A DNA stretch of 61,866 nt, the filler included, from Candidatus Woesearchaeota archaeon (GTDB taxonomy: Archaea > Nanobdellota > Nanobdellia > Woesearchaeales > GCA-2687795): the NCBI GenBank assembly GCA_030753365.1. It is 5 parts of 5 records of this genome, joined end to end, with 100 filler letters (N's around TTAATTAATTAA, not from the genome) between each part and the next. Parts side by side here need not be neighbours in the genome. Positions count along the whole stretch, not along the records: positions 29,766 to 45,325 come from JASMCJ010000047.1; positions 45,426 to 59,374 come from JASMCJ010000049.1; 3 more parts are not named here. One strand, 5' to 3'. Every line of letters starts with the position of its first letter. Within the stretch, counting starts at the first letter, position 1. A program made the translations under genes and the position numbers. The notes under the pieces were generated by a model that was not told where the DNA came from, searched no databases, and worked only from the letters and a program-made list of their open reading frames with translations. Of this stretch, positions 38,646 to 48,423 are shown piece after piece.

Positions 38646-40280
38646 ATGGAACTAACTGAATTTATAGAAGATAGAGGAATTACTTCAGAGAGTGTGATAG
38701 ATAGTCTTAGGACTATTGATAGCTGTTTTGAGCAAGAAGAAGCGAAAGTACCACAAAAATTTGTTGTGCCTTATAGAGAGGGTTATTTCTTGTTTCAAGA
38801 GTATTGCGCTATTAAAATCAAAGAGGAGAGAGGAGTTAATTGCTGGGAAGAACTATCTACACCAGTGTTTGGAGAGTATAATATAACATCACAGCATAGG
38901 AAACTGGAGGATACTGTAAAAAGGATTGAGCCTGAATATGAATTTTTTGTATTGACAGAAGAGAAAGTAGAAGGAATCCTTAAAGACAAAGAAGAAAAAA
39001 ATATAGTTTATTTTCCAGAAGGGTTTTTTGATGAAAAGAGAATAGGCAGGGAAGCAGTGTCAAAAAATTATAGTATTCTATTGAATTATATTAAAACAAA
39101 AGAAGGATTATCTTGTTGGGAGGAGTTAACAACTACTATATTATCAGAGAAATATCATTTACCAAGTATTTTTCATAAGTTACCTCAAATTATTGAAAGG
39201 ATTGACCCAGAATATGAGTTAGGCGTATTGATAAAAGAAAAGATGGAAGGTGTATTAGAAAGGCTTAGCAAATTTTCAAAGCATGTGCTTAAATTTCCTT
39301 ATCGTTTTTTGTCAGGAAATTGTTCTTTAAAAGATAATTTAAATATGTTGGAAGAATATATAAGAGAAGAAAACGAATTAGGAAAAGAGGATAAAATTTT
39401 TCCTGAGCATGTTTCAATCATTGCAAATTTTGGCCATATGAATCCGATAGTTGAAAAGCATTTTGGCTTTGAAAGGGATTCGATTGAAAGGGCTTTAATA
39501 AGAAATTCAAATTCTCAGACACATGAATGGTCAAAAGAGGAAGAGGAAAAACTAAGAGATTATTTTGTGAATATTAATAGTGAAGTAGAGAGAGGAGAAT
39601 TCTTTGAAGAGTTTAAAGATGATTTAATTGATGAGTTTAAGGTCAATGGAAGCCAGTTATTATGGAAGATGCAGTATATGAAGTTACTGCCAAAATCCAA
39701 AGGGAATGGACATGAGAATAAGGGAAATAAAAGGAGAATACAAAGAATAAATTTTCCTACGTTTATATGGGAAGCAACAAAGATAGATTACAGACCTGAT
39801 TTCAGAAGGATGTCAGATGAGATTCGTGATTCAAATGAAGGATATCAGCATATTCCAGGGGTTATCTATGAGTCAGCAGATGGCCAACATATTAATGTGT
39901 TATTGCCTGTACAATATGCAGGCATATTTAAAGGAAAGTCTTCAGAGTATAATGACAAAGAAAAAGATGTAATTACAGCGATTGCTCAATATTTATGCAG
40001 GCCTGGTTCATTTGAAGAGGTTGATGTTCAAACAGAATCAGGGGTTTCCACAAAATTTCTTACTCCATGCAGTATATCCAAAAATTTTCTTGATTTACTT
40101 GCGATAGTTCCTGTTATTGATGGAAATAATCAATATATAAGAATGTCTTATAGAAAAAGGATACTTCCAAATCAGGAACTTAAGAGAGTTCCAACACTTA
40201 TGGGAGATAACTTTTCAATCAGCCTGAGTAGGTTTGATGTAAAAGAATATACATTAGAGAATACAGGGTCGCATTCTTGA
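38646..40280 (+). CDS. Hypothetical protein with internal repeats and a Myb/SANT-like segment
   Basis: Duplicated C-W-E-E-L...RI.PEYE...EK.EG.L block; later WSKEEEEKL. Confidence 0.6.
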   Translation: MELTEFIEDRGITSESVIDSLRTIDSCFEQEEAKVPQKFVVPYREGYFLFQEYCAIKIKEERGVNCWEELSTPVFGEYNITSQHRKLEDTVKRIEPEYEFFVLTEEKVEGILKDKEEKNIVYFPEGFFDEKRIGREAVSKNYSILLNYIKTKEGLSCWEELTTTILSEKYHLPSIFHKLPQIIERIDPEYELGVLIKEKMEGVLERLSKFSKHVLKFPYRFLSGNCSLKDNLNMLEEYIREENELGKEDKIFPEHVSIIANFGHMNPIVEKHFGFERDSIERALIRNSNSQTHEWSKEEEEKLRDYFVNINSEVERGEFFEEFKDDLIDEFKVNGSQLLWKMQYMKLLPKSKGNGHENKGNKRRIQRINFPTFIWEATKIDYRPDFRRMSDEIRDSNEGYQHIPGVIYESADGQHINVLLPVQYAGIFKGKSSEYNDKEKDVITAIAQYLCRPGSFEEVDVQTESGVSTKFLTPCSISKNFLDLLAIVPVIDGNNQYIRMSYRKRILPNQELKRVPTLMGDNFSISLSRFDVKEYTLENTGSHS

Positions 40281-40292
40281 ATCCTAGTATAA

Positions 40293-40940
40293 TTATTCTT
40301 TATCTTTTTTTATGCAGCTTATTAAAAGATATATTCCTAATGCGAATACTGCGCCTATTAAGAACCAGAATGCGATGTTGGTTGTTAGGTTAGGCAGTAA
40401 TGATACTGCTTTGTCTGTTATTATTTCTTGTGCTGCTGGAATTGCCTTTTCCATGATGGGAGCACCAGCGCCTACTGCTTGTTCTGCCATTGCTGCTGGA
40501 GCTCTTGCGAGCATTGTGTCTGAAGCTGCTGAATTTTTTCCTGGGAAGTATTTTGAAGCATATTGGATTATGCCTGCGGTTGCAATTGCTGCCAAGCCTA
40601 CTGGAAGGATGCTTCTTAGCTTTTCTGTTATGCCTGTTACTTTCTTTGGTGTTATGATTATGTATTTGTTTGCTAGCTTGTAATGGCTTACTTCTTTGCC
40701 TTTTTTGCTGTAATGAAATTCTTCTGTGATTATAAGATCGGATTCCTTTAACTGTTGGAGATTGTAATGGATTGTTGAGATTGGGATGTTGAGTTCTGTG
40801 GCAAGCTCTGATTCTGTTGAAGTTTCATGCTCTGATAAGTAGTCAAGGATTTTTCTGCATGAGTCGTTGCTTACTATGTTTGCTACTTTTTTTGCTTTTG
40901 AGTCCTCTAATGAAAGTAAGAGGAAATTTTTCTTTGCCAT
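40293..40940 (-). CDS. Membrane-anchored ArsR-type wHTH regulator
   Basis: RKILDYL, SELATELNIPISTIHYNLQQL, YSKKGKEV, then two TM helices. Confidence 0.85.
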   Translation of the reverse strand: MAKKNFLLLSLEDSKAKKVANIVSNDSCRKILDYLSEHETSTESELATELNIPISTIHYNLQQLKESDLIITEEFHYSKKGKEVSHYKLANKYIIITPKKVTGITEKLRSILPVGLAAIATAGIIQYASKYFPGKNSAASDTMLARAPAAMAEQAVGAGAPIMEKAIPAAQEIITDKAVSLLPNLTTNIAFWFLIGAVFALGIYLLISCIKKDKE

Positions 40941-40979
40941 AAGAAGGTAATATGATATATGCTTATAAATAGTTTTCCT

Positions 40980-41005
40980 TAGGTTTGAATTGAGTTGAAG
41001 TTATT
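40980..41005. promoter_or_regulatory. 26-bp operator-like motif, copy 2
   Basis: TAGGTTTGAATTGAGTTGAAGTTATT upstream of the ArsR gene TATA box. Confidence 0.65.
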
Positions 41006-41104
41006 GTTTAATTCTGTTTTTTCTAGAGGTAATAAGTGTCCATTACTACTTTAAAGGCGTTACAAATAGAAAGCTTTAAAAGGCATAAAACGTTCTTATT
41101 AGCT

Positions 41105-41698
41105 ATGAGAGCAAGAAACATAATATTGGTATTAACCTTAATAGGTATAATTATGGCATCTTCTGCATTTGTTTTTATTAAAGGAACAGATAAAGATACT
41201 AATAATATAAAACCATTGAGCATTATTAAATCAAAGGTATCTTCATTATTTTTACAGCAGGAAAACCTTGATAATGAACATTTATCTGAAGAAACAGAAA
41301 CAATTTCTCTGGAAGTTATTCCAGATAAATATAAAGGGTATATAGAGAATGCAGATTCAATTATAGATGAAACAAACAAATTTCTTGAAGACAAAACTCA
41401 ATTTATAGATATTGTAAAAAGTATTGATGAACAAGGCATTAATCTAATTGCAGATGATGTTTCATTTTATGTGGAATTTGATGAAGAAGGGCTTATTGAT
41501 AGTGTTGTTTTAGGGATAAATAATGAGTATGATTCTATAGTTGTTCAGAATGATCTTGATATATTTGTAGAATCTGCATTGAACGCAAAGGAAACATCAG
41601 ATTATATGGATCTTTTGTCAGATGTTGATATTCCTTTGAAGTATTATCTTAAGGTTCCTAAAATTATAAAGGTTGTTATGGATATGCAGAGTTTATAA
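41105..41698 (+). CDS. Hypothetical secreted or membrane-anchored acidic protein
   Basis: N-terminal hydrophobic helix after MRAR; ATG start preferred. Confidence 0.55.
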   Translation: MRARNIILVLTLIGIIMASSAFVFIKGTDKDTNNIKPLSIIKSKVSSLFLQQENLDNEHLSEETETISLEVIPDKYKGYIENADSIIDETNKFLEDKTQFIDIVKSIDEQGINLIADDVSFYVEFDEEGLIDSVVLGINNEYDSIVVQNDLDIFVESALNAKETSDYMDLLSDVDIPLKYYLKVPKIIKVVMDMQSL

Positions 41699-41768
41699 AT
41701 TAAATTCCTAAATTTCTTTTTGAATTAAAACCAAAACCCTTAAAACAATTAAACTAATTCTTTATGGT

Positions 41769-42761
41769 ATGAATATAATTGAGAAAGCTAACAAAGTTTA
41801 TCTGGGGAACTTTAAGCCTGTTACATGGTTTGAGAGGGCTTTGTTCTTTTCATGGTATTGCAAGATTGCTGACTGTAAGTATTGTTATATGAGTACTCAG
41901 CCTAATAAGAATAAAGAGGCTGTGAGGTCAATTGCTTCTATATTAGCTGAGACTATTATCTGCAAGAAGTTGGGATGGAAGATAGGGTTTATTTCTTCAG
42001 GGCATAATGCGTATTCTACTGAGAAGCTTTTGCTTTTGATGAAGAATATTAATAAGATTACTGGGAAGAAAGTGTGGCTTAATATTGGGGTTTTGGAGGA
42101 AGATGAGCTTACGCTGTTTTCTCCTTATATTGAGGGTGTTGTGGGAGCGATTGAGACTATTAATCCTAAATTGCATGATGAATTGTGCCCGTCTAAGCCT
42201 GTTGAGCCTTTTACTAAGATGTTTGAGGTTAGTAGAAAATTAGGAATTAAGAATGCTATGACTATTATTACAGGGTTGGGGGAGACTATTAAGGATTTTG
42301 ATTTGCTTAAGGAGTTTATTGAGAAGTATGATATTGAGAAGATTCATATTTATGGGCTTAATCCGCAGAAGGGTACAATGTTTGAGGATGTGAAGCCGCC
42401 TACTGCGGAGTATCAGAGCGAGTGGATTGCCAGGACTAGGATTGCTTTCCCTAAGATTGATATTCAGGCAGGCATTTGGGATGATAAGGTGGAGAATGTT
42501 TCTGCTTTGCTGGAAGCAGGAGCTAATAGCATTAGTAAGTTTCCCGCGATTAGAAAGTTTAATTCTAAGGAAGCGTTGAGGATAGAAGAGGAGAGTGAGA
42601 AAGCTGGGAGAGTGTTTGATGGTTCTCTGGTAAAACTGCCTAAGGAAGAGGAGTTTAGCAAGGAGTTGGAGAAAATACCAAACAATTTAAAAAGAGAGGT
42701 TGATATAAAATTAATAAAGTATATTAAATTGATGAAGAAGAGAAAGAGTAAAGATAAATAA
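41769..42761 (+). CDS. Radical SAM protein (biotin-synthase-like archaeal family)
   Basis: CKIADCKYC cluster motif, GAIET, ITGLGET, AGAN. Confidence 0.85.
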   Translation: MNIIEKANKVYLGNFKPVTWFERALFFSWYCKIADCKYCYMSTQPNKNKEAVRSIASILAETIICKKLGWKIGFISSGHNAYSTEKLLLLMKNINKITGKKVWLNIGVLEEDELTLFSPYIEGVVGAIETINPKLHDELCPSKPVEPFTKMFEVSRKLGIKNAMTIITGLGETIKDFDLLKEFIEKYDIEKIHIYGLNPQKGTMFEDVKPPTAEYQSEWIARTRIAFPKIDIQAGIWDDKVENVSALLEAGANSISKFPAIRKFNSKEALRIEEESEKAGRVFDGSLVKLPKEEEFSKELEKIPNNLKREVDIKLIKYIKLMKKRKSKDK

Positions 42762-42771
42762 TAAGAAAAAG

Positions 42772-43386
42772 GTGAGAAAGAGAATGGTTGTTTTTCATAA
42801 ATTACAGAGAGTGAGTGTTTTAGTTGATGTGCAGAATTTGTATTATTCTGGGAAGCATTTGTATAATTCAAAGGTTAATTTCAAGGCTGTGCTTAAAGAA
42901 GCTGTGAAAGGAAGAGGGCTTATTAGGGCTATTGCTTATGTTATTAGAGCTGATGTTAAAGAGGAGAATAATTTCTTTGATGCTTTAGAAATGATGGGTT
43001 ATGAGATTAAGGCAAAGGATTTGCAGGTTTTCTATGGCGGTGCTAAGAAGGGTGATTGGGATATTGGGATTGCAATGGATGCTATTGAGCTTGCGCCTAA
43101 GACTGATACTATTGTGATTGTTAGCGGTGATGGAGATTTTGTTGCATTGGTGGAGCATCTGAAGAGAGGGATGGGATGCAGGGTCGAAGCTATGGCTTTT
43201 GGAAGGAGCGCATCGTCAATGCTTAAGGAAGCTGTTGATATGTTTTCTGATATGGATAAGGATAAGAAGAAGTATCTTATACCTTCTTCTTATAGAAATA
43301 ATTCTTCTCAAAGTAGGACTACAAGCACAACAAAGGCTATTAGTAAAACACCTACAAGGGCAGTGAGTGCAGTGCAGAAGAAGTAG
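42772..43386 (+). CDS. NYN domain protein (LabA/DUF88, PIN-like)
   Basis: VDVQNLY, KGDWDIGIAMD, SGDGDF. Confidence 0.9.
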   Translation: MRKRMVVFHKLQRVSVLVDVQNLYYSGKHLYNSKVNFKAVLKEAVKGRGLIRAIAYVIRADVKEENNFFDALEMMGYEIKAKDLQVFYGGAKKGDWDIGIAMDAIELAPKTDTIVIVSGDGDFVALVEHLKRGMGCRVEAMAFGRSASSMLKEAVDMFSDMDKDKKKYLIPSSYRNNSSQSRTTSTTKAISKTPTRAVSAVQKK

Positions 43387-43441
43387 AGTTGTTTTTGGAG
43401 AGAAAGGTTTTTTAAATTTCTTTGTTTTTATAAATTTTAAA

Positions 43442-44092
43442 ATGGATAAGATTGAGCAGATTATAAGTATTCTAAAAAGGGATTATCCTAAATTCAGAAC
43501 TCCGATTGTGACAGAATTTGCAGAAAGAACAAGAGACCCTTTCAAGGTTCTGATTTCTTGTTTGTTGAGTTTGAGGACGAAGGATGAGACTACTGCAAAG
43601 GCTTCTAAGAGATTGTTTGAATTAGGGGAAAGTCCTGAAGAGATGGTTAAGTTGAGTGAGGAGAGGATTAGGGATGCTATTTATCCTGTTGGGTTTTATA
43701 AGACAAAAGCGAAGAGGATTAAAGAGATTTGTAAGAGGTTGATTGAGGAGTATGAGAGCAAGGTTCCTGATACTATTGATGAATTGTTGAAGTTTAAGGG
43801 GGTTGGGAGGAAGACTGCTAATCTTGTGGTGACACAGGGTTATGGGAAGTTAGGGATTTGTGTTGATACTCATGTACATAGGATTTCTAATAGATTAGGA
43901 CTGGTTAAGACTAAGACTCCTGAGAAGACTGAGTTTGCTCTTAGAGAATTGTTGCCTAAGGAGTATTGGATTGTTTATAATGATTTATTAGTTAGTTATG
44001 GGCAGAATGTTTGTGTTCCGATTTCACCTTTTTGTTCTAAGTGCAGTATTAGGGAATACTGTGAGAGAGTTGGAGTGGAGAGAAGTAGGTAA
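43442..44092 (+). CDS. nth: Endonuclease III
   Basis: LLSLRTKD, HhH GVGRKTAN, VDTHVHR, C-x6-C-x2-C-x5-C. Confidence 0.95.
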   Translation: MDKIEQIISILKRDYPKFRTPIVTEFAERTRDPFKVLISCLLSLRTKDETTAKASKRLFELGESPEEMVKLSEERIRDAIYPVGFYKTKAKRIKEICKRLIEEYESKVPDTIDELLKFKGVGRKTANLVVTQGYGKLGICVDTHVHRISNRLGLVKTKTPEKTEFALRELLPKEYWIVYNDLLVSYGQNVCVPISPFCSKCSIREYCERVGVERSR

Positions 44093-44134
44093 TAGAAAGT
44101 TTTATTTATTTCTAAGATTGTAAGATATGCTAAA

Positions 44135-44971
44135 ATGACTTTCAACAACCTATTATTCGGCACTGCAGGGATTCCTATTGGTACGCCTGACAGGAATACA
44201 TTGAATGGAGTTGCTTTTGTAAGGAAGCTTGGGCTGGATGTTATGGAGCTTGAGTTTGTGAGGATGATTAACATAAGTAAACAAGTTGCTCCTGATGTTA
44301 AGGAGGTTGCCAAGAAGAATGATGTTACATTGACTTGCCATGCGCCTTATTATATTAATCTTAGCTCGAATGAGAAAGCTAAGGCAAGGGCTAGTGTTGG
44401 CAGGATTCTTAATTCTGCAAGGATTGCTAAGCTTTGCGGAGCGTTTTCTGTGTGCTTTCATGCTGCGTTTTATCAGAAGAGTGAGCCTGAAAAGGTTTAT
44501 GGTAATGTGAAGGATGCTATGGAAGAGATTATTGAGACTTTGAAGGATGAAGGTAATGATATTTGGATTAGGCCTGAGACGACTGGAAAGGCTACTCAGT
44601 TTGGGTCTTTGAAGGAGATTCTTAATTTAAGTGCAGAGCTTGATAATGTTATGCCTTGTATTGATTTTTCTCATCTTTGCGCAAGAGAGAATGGGAAGGT
44701 TAATTCTTATTCTGAGTTTTCTAAGGTTTTGGAAGAGGTTGAGAAGGTGTTGGGGAGGAAAGGGTTGGAGAATATGCATGCGCATATTTCAGGGATTGAG
44801 TATGGAGAAAAGGGAGAGAGAAAACATCTTGTGCTTAAGGATTCTGAGTTTAGATATGAAGAGTTGTTGAAAGCGTTGAAGGAGTTTAAAGTGAAGGGTG
44901 TGGTTATTTGTGAGAGCCCTAATATTGAAGAGGATGCTTTGCTGATGAAGAAAACTTTTGAAAGGTTTTAA
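44135..44971 (+). CDS. Endonuclease IV / AP endonuclease 2 TIM barrel
   Basis: HAPYYINL, ETTGK, DFSH, HAHISG, ICESP. Confidence 0.9.
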   Translation: MTFNNLLFGTAGIPIGTPDRNTLNGVAFVRKLGLDVMELEFVRMINISKQVAPDVKEVAKKNDVTLTCHAPYYINLSSNEKAKARASVGRILNSARIAKLCGAFSVCFHAAFYQKSEPEKVYGNVKDAMEEIIETLKDEGNDIWIRPETTGKATQFGSLKEILNLSAELDNVMPCIDFSHLCARENGKVNSYSEFSKVLEEVEKVLGRKGLENMHAHISGIEYGEKGERKHLVLKDSEFRYEELLKALKEFKVKGVVICESPNIEEDALLMKKTFERF

Positions 44972-44998
44972 ATAAAAGTTTATTCTAGATTAAGGATT

Positions 44999-45325
44999 AT
45001 GAGTAAAAGAAGAGGTCAGATACAGGTTCAGTTTAATTGGATTTTTGTGCTTATTGTAGGAGGTTTAATCCTCTTGTTTTTTCTTGGTGTTGTGAGGACA
45101 CAGAAGAAATTGTCAGATACAAAGATTTCTGCAACGATTTCGACTGACCTTAGAGCTATTCTTAGCGGTGTTGAGGTGAGTACGCAGACTGCTGCTTTGA
45201 TTGATATTCCTAAGACAGAGATTGATTTTAATTGTGAGGGATATAGTGTAGGAGGATTGGCAGGAATGAGGCCAACGGCTAGCTTTTCCCCTAATGTTAT
45301 CAAAGGGAATAGGCTTATGTCATGG
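44999..45325 (+). CDS. Class III signal peptide (pilin-like) protein, partial
   Basis: MSKRRG|QIQVQFNWIFVLIVGG; runs into the gap. Confidence 0.7.
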
Positions 45326-45425
45326 NNNNNNNNNNNNNNNNNNNNNNNNNNNNNNNNNNNNNNNNNNNNTTAATTAATTAANNNNNNNNNNNNNNNNNNN
45401 NNNNNNNNNNNNNNNNNNNNNNNNN
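45326..45425. other. Artificial contig linker
   Basis: N run with TTAATTAATTAA. Confidence 0.97.
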
Positions 45426-45886
45426 TGATTTTTGAGATTAAGTGAATGAAGCATGAAGAAAACAACACTCTCTAGAGGACTAAGATTTCTATTCTTAAAA
45501 ATCTTCAAAGGAATATTAACTTCAGCTTTTCTAACCAAAAAAGCCCTCTTCCGTTTCTTAATCGCTTTCTGATAAGTTGTCCATATAGTTCTCTCATCCC
45601 TTCCAAGTAGCTTAGAAATTTCTCTATATCTTAACCCAAGTTTCTCTTTAAGATATTTGACAACAGCCTCCAAAGTGCTCAATTTACCTTTAAAAATATG
45701 ATTAGGAACCTGAATATTGTCTCTTTCAGCCAGAAGAAGCTTGTTTACCTTCCCCAAGGAATATTTATGCTCTTCCTGAAGGTGATCAATGAAAACATCA
45801 AGAATCTGCTGCGACTCAGCATTTTTAGAGGGGTAGGACTGTATATTTCTGCCTACATCAGTCCTTTTCTTCCTCTTTTTATACAT
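45426..45886 (-). CDS. Tandem-HTH DNA-binding protein, partial
   Basis: LSTLEAVVKYLKE..GLRYREISKLLGRDERTIWTTY, and start of a second repeat LSPLESVV. Confidence 0.7.
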
Positions 45887-46014
45887 ATTATGTAGAAATA
45901 TACCTCATTATGTAGAACTAATATATAAAGATAATGAAAAATAAGCAGAAATAGCAACGAAAACAAGTATTTTAAGGATAATACTTACTATGTAGAACAG
46001 GGAAAGAAATATCA

Positions 46015-46159
46015 TAAAAATCTGCCGCAGGTGTCCTACCCCACACTAAAGTGTAGGGTTTGTTCGGACACCTGCTCTAATAGGCAGATTTTTAGGATGC
46101 CAGAGTCGGTGCTAAAACCCAAGCCTTTAGGCTTGGGATACAGCACCGACTCTCAGCAT
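46015..46159. repeat. Two long palindromes with IS200/IS605-end-like apical hairpins
   Basis: TAAAAATCTGCC/GGCAGATTTTTA + GCAGGTGTCC/GGACACCTGC; AGAGTCGGTGCT/AGCACCGACTCT around CCCAAGCC-TTTA-GGCTTGGG. Confidence 0.7.
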
Positions 46160-46247
46160 AAAATAAAACAAAAGAAAACACAAATAATTTAAACAATCTA
46201 AACAACCTAACAAATAGATTATAACAAATAACCAATTACAATCAAAA

Positions 46248-48023
46248 ATGAAAGCAAAAGAGCTCAAAAAGAAATACATAAAATTCTTCAAGGAAAAAGG
46301 TCATGCTATAATAGAATCAGCTTCATTAATCCCTGACAATGATCCCACAGTACTATTCACAACAGCAGGCATGCATCCATTAGTTCCTTTCTTAGTAGGA
46401 CAACCCCATCCTTTAGGAAAAAGGATTGTTGACGCTCAGAGATGCATAAGAACACAGGACATAGACGAAGTAGGCGATGACATCCACACAACATTCTTTG
46501 AAATGCTAGGCAACTGGTCATTAGGAGACTATTTCAAGAAAGAAGCAATAGAATGGAGCTATGAATTTTTAACATCAAAAAAATGGTTAGGGCTTGACTC
46601 AAAAAGGATCTCAATAACATGCTTCAAAGGAGACAAAGACGCTCCTAAGGACAATGAAGCTTCAGAAATCTGGAAATCTGTAGGAATACCAAATGAAAGA
46701 ATCGCTTTCTTAGGAAAAAAAGACAACTGGTGGGGCCCTGCAGGAGAAACCGGCCCATGCGGTCCTGACACTGAAATGTTCTATTGGTCACCTAACAATA
46801 TCCCTGCTCCAAAGAAATTCAACCCTGAAGACAAAAGATGGGTAGAAATATGGAACGATGTATTCATGCAGTATAACAAAACAAAAGAAGGCAAGTTTGA
46901 GCCCTTAAAACAAAAAAATGTTGACACAGGCATGGGCCTTGAAAGAGTTGCCATGGTTCTGCAGGGAAAAACAGACCTCTTTGAAATAGAACTCTTCAAG
47001 CCAATCATAAACAAAATAAAAACAATTTCAGGGAAAGATATCACAAAAGCAAACAAGCAATCTTTCAGAATAATAACAGACCACACAAAAGCCGCAACCT
47101 TCATACTAGGAGATGAACGAGGAGTTCCACCTTCAAACCTTGACCAGGGCTATATCTTAAGGAGGTATATAAGAAGAAGCTTAAGACACTTAAGATTATT
47201 AGGTGTAGACTTACTAAGCATGGACACAACTGTTGAACTTGCAAAAGTTGTTATCGAAATATATAAAGAAGACTATCCCTTACTAAAACAGAAAAAAGAT
47301 TTCATCTTTGATGAACTAAAAAAAGAGGAAGACAAATTCCAGAAAACTCTTGACAAAGGCTTAAAAGAATTCAGGAAAATGGTTGACAAAGACAGCCAGA
47401 TAACAGCTAAAGAAGCTTTCTTACTATACCAGAGCTATGGATTCCCCATAGAAATGATAGAAGAATTAGCAAAAGAAAAAAATGTTCCGATAGACACCAA
47501 AGGCTTCAACAAAGAATTCCAGAAACATCAGGAACTCTCAAGAAAAGGCGCAGAGCAAAGGTTCAAAGGCGGCCTATCAGAAGCATCTGAAATAACATCA
47601 AAACTTCATACAGCAACTCATATACTAGGAGAAGCTATCCGTAGTGTGCTAAAAAATCCTGATATAAAACAAAAAGGCAGCAACATAACCTCTGAAAGGT
47701 TAAGATATGACTTCAACTTTGACAGAAAGCTAACAGAAGAAGAATTAAAAGCCATAGAAGATGAAGTCAACAACATTATCAAGCAAAGTATCGAAATAAA
47801 AAAACAGGAAATGCCCACAGAAAAAGCAATCAAATCAGGTGCGCAGGCAGAGTTCGGCACAAAATACCCTCCAAAAGTCTGGGTTTATCAAATAGGCAAC
47901 TACACAAAAGATATCTGCATGGGCCCTCATGCAAGTAATACATCTGAACTAGGAAAATTTAAAATCATCAAAGAAGAGTCAAGCTCTGCTGGGATTAGGC
48001 GTATCAAAGCTATTTTAGAATAA
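46248..48023 (+). CDS. alaS: Alanyl-tRNA synthetase (short form lacking the C-Ala domain)
   Basis: LFTTAGM, FFEMLGN, GPCGP, DTGMGLER, editing HTATH and CMGPH. Confidence 0.95.
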   Translation: MKAKELKKKYIKFFKEKGHAIIESASLIPDNDPTVLFTTAGMHPLVPFLVGQPHPLGKRIVDAQRCIRTQDIDEVGDDIHTTFFEMLGNWSLGDYFKKEAIEWSYEFLTSKKWLGLDSKRISITCFKGDKDAPKDNEASEIWKSVGIPNERIAFLGKKDNWWGPAGETGPCGPDTEMFYWSPNNIPAPKKFNPEDKRWVEIWNDVFMQYNKTKEGKFEPLKQKNVDTGMGLERVAMVLQGKTDLFEIELFKPIINKIKTISGKDITKANKQSFRIITDHTKAATFILGDERGVPPSNLDQGYILRRYIRRSLRHLRLLGVDLLSMDTTVELAKVVIEIYKEDYPLLKQKKDFIFDELKKEEDKFQKTLDKGLKEFRKMVDKDSQITAKEAFLLYQSYGFPIEMIEELAKEKNVPIDTKGFNKEFQKHQELSRKGAEQRFKGGLSEASEITSKLHTATHILGEAIRSVLKNPDIKQKGSNITSERLRYDFNFDRKLTEEELKAIEDEVNNIIKQSIEIKKQEMPTEKAIKSGAQAEFGTKYPPKVWVYQIGNYTKDICMGPHASNTSELGKFKIIKEESSSAGIRRIKAILE

Positions 48024-48036
48024 GAAGTTAATAAAA

Positions 48037-48147
48037 ATGCCAAAAAGAGAAAAGAAAACCGATATATGGGGAATTATAGTTTATGTCTTAGGTATTTCTG
48101 CAATAATTATTACAGTTACAGCAATACTATATATGGCTTTAAGATGA
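48037..48147 (+). CDS. 36-aa single-TM peptide
   Basis: MPKREKKTDIWGIIVYVLGISAIIITVTAILYMALR; its TGA overlaps the ATG of the next ORF. Confidence 0.5.
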   Translation: MPKREKKTDIWGIIVYVLGISAIIITVTAILYMALR

Positions 48148-48329
48148 ACAAGAAAACCCTTTTGTTTATTTCTCTATTGCTAAGCAGCCTAACCTTACTA
48201 TATCTCCTTGCAGCCAGTATATTTCGTGATACATTTATCTTAACTGATTGGGTAATTATTGCGTTTGATTTAATGGTTAAAACGATAATTGAATGGTACA
48301 TCTTATTTAAAAAGAGAGTTTATCACTAG
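48144..48329 (+). CDS. 61-aa two-TM peptide
   Basis: MNKKTLLFISLL...; ATGA coupling to the upstream peptide. Confidence 0.5.
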   Translation: MNKKTLLFISLLLSSLTLLYLLAASIFRDTFILTDWVIIAFDLMVKTIIEWYILFKKRVYH

Positions 48330-48423
48330 TCTCTCCATTAACCCATATTCAATAAACTTAACACCATCCAATTAGAAAACTATAAATACTTCGAATTCTA
48401 AATTTAAAAAAGAGGTGATTTAA

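Noticed and set aside
45888..45998. CRISPR array
   Set aside because: Repeats are only 9-11 bp and irregularly spaced, and no cas genes are present.
46248..48023. Short AlaRS as a pseudogene
   Set aside because: Aminoacylation and editing motifs are intact with a clean stop; loss of C-Ala is known in reduced genomes.
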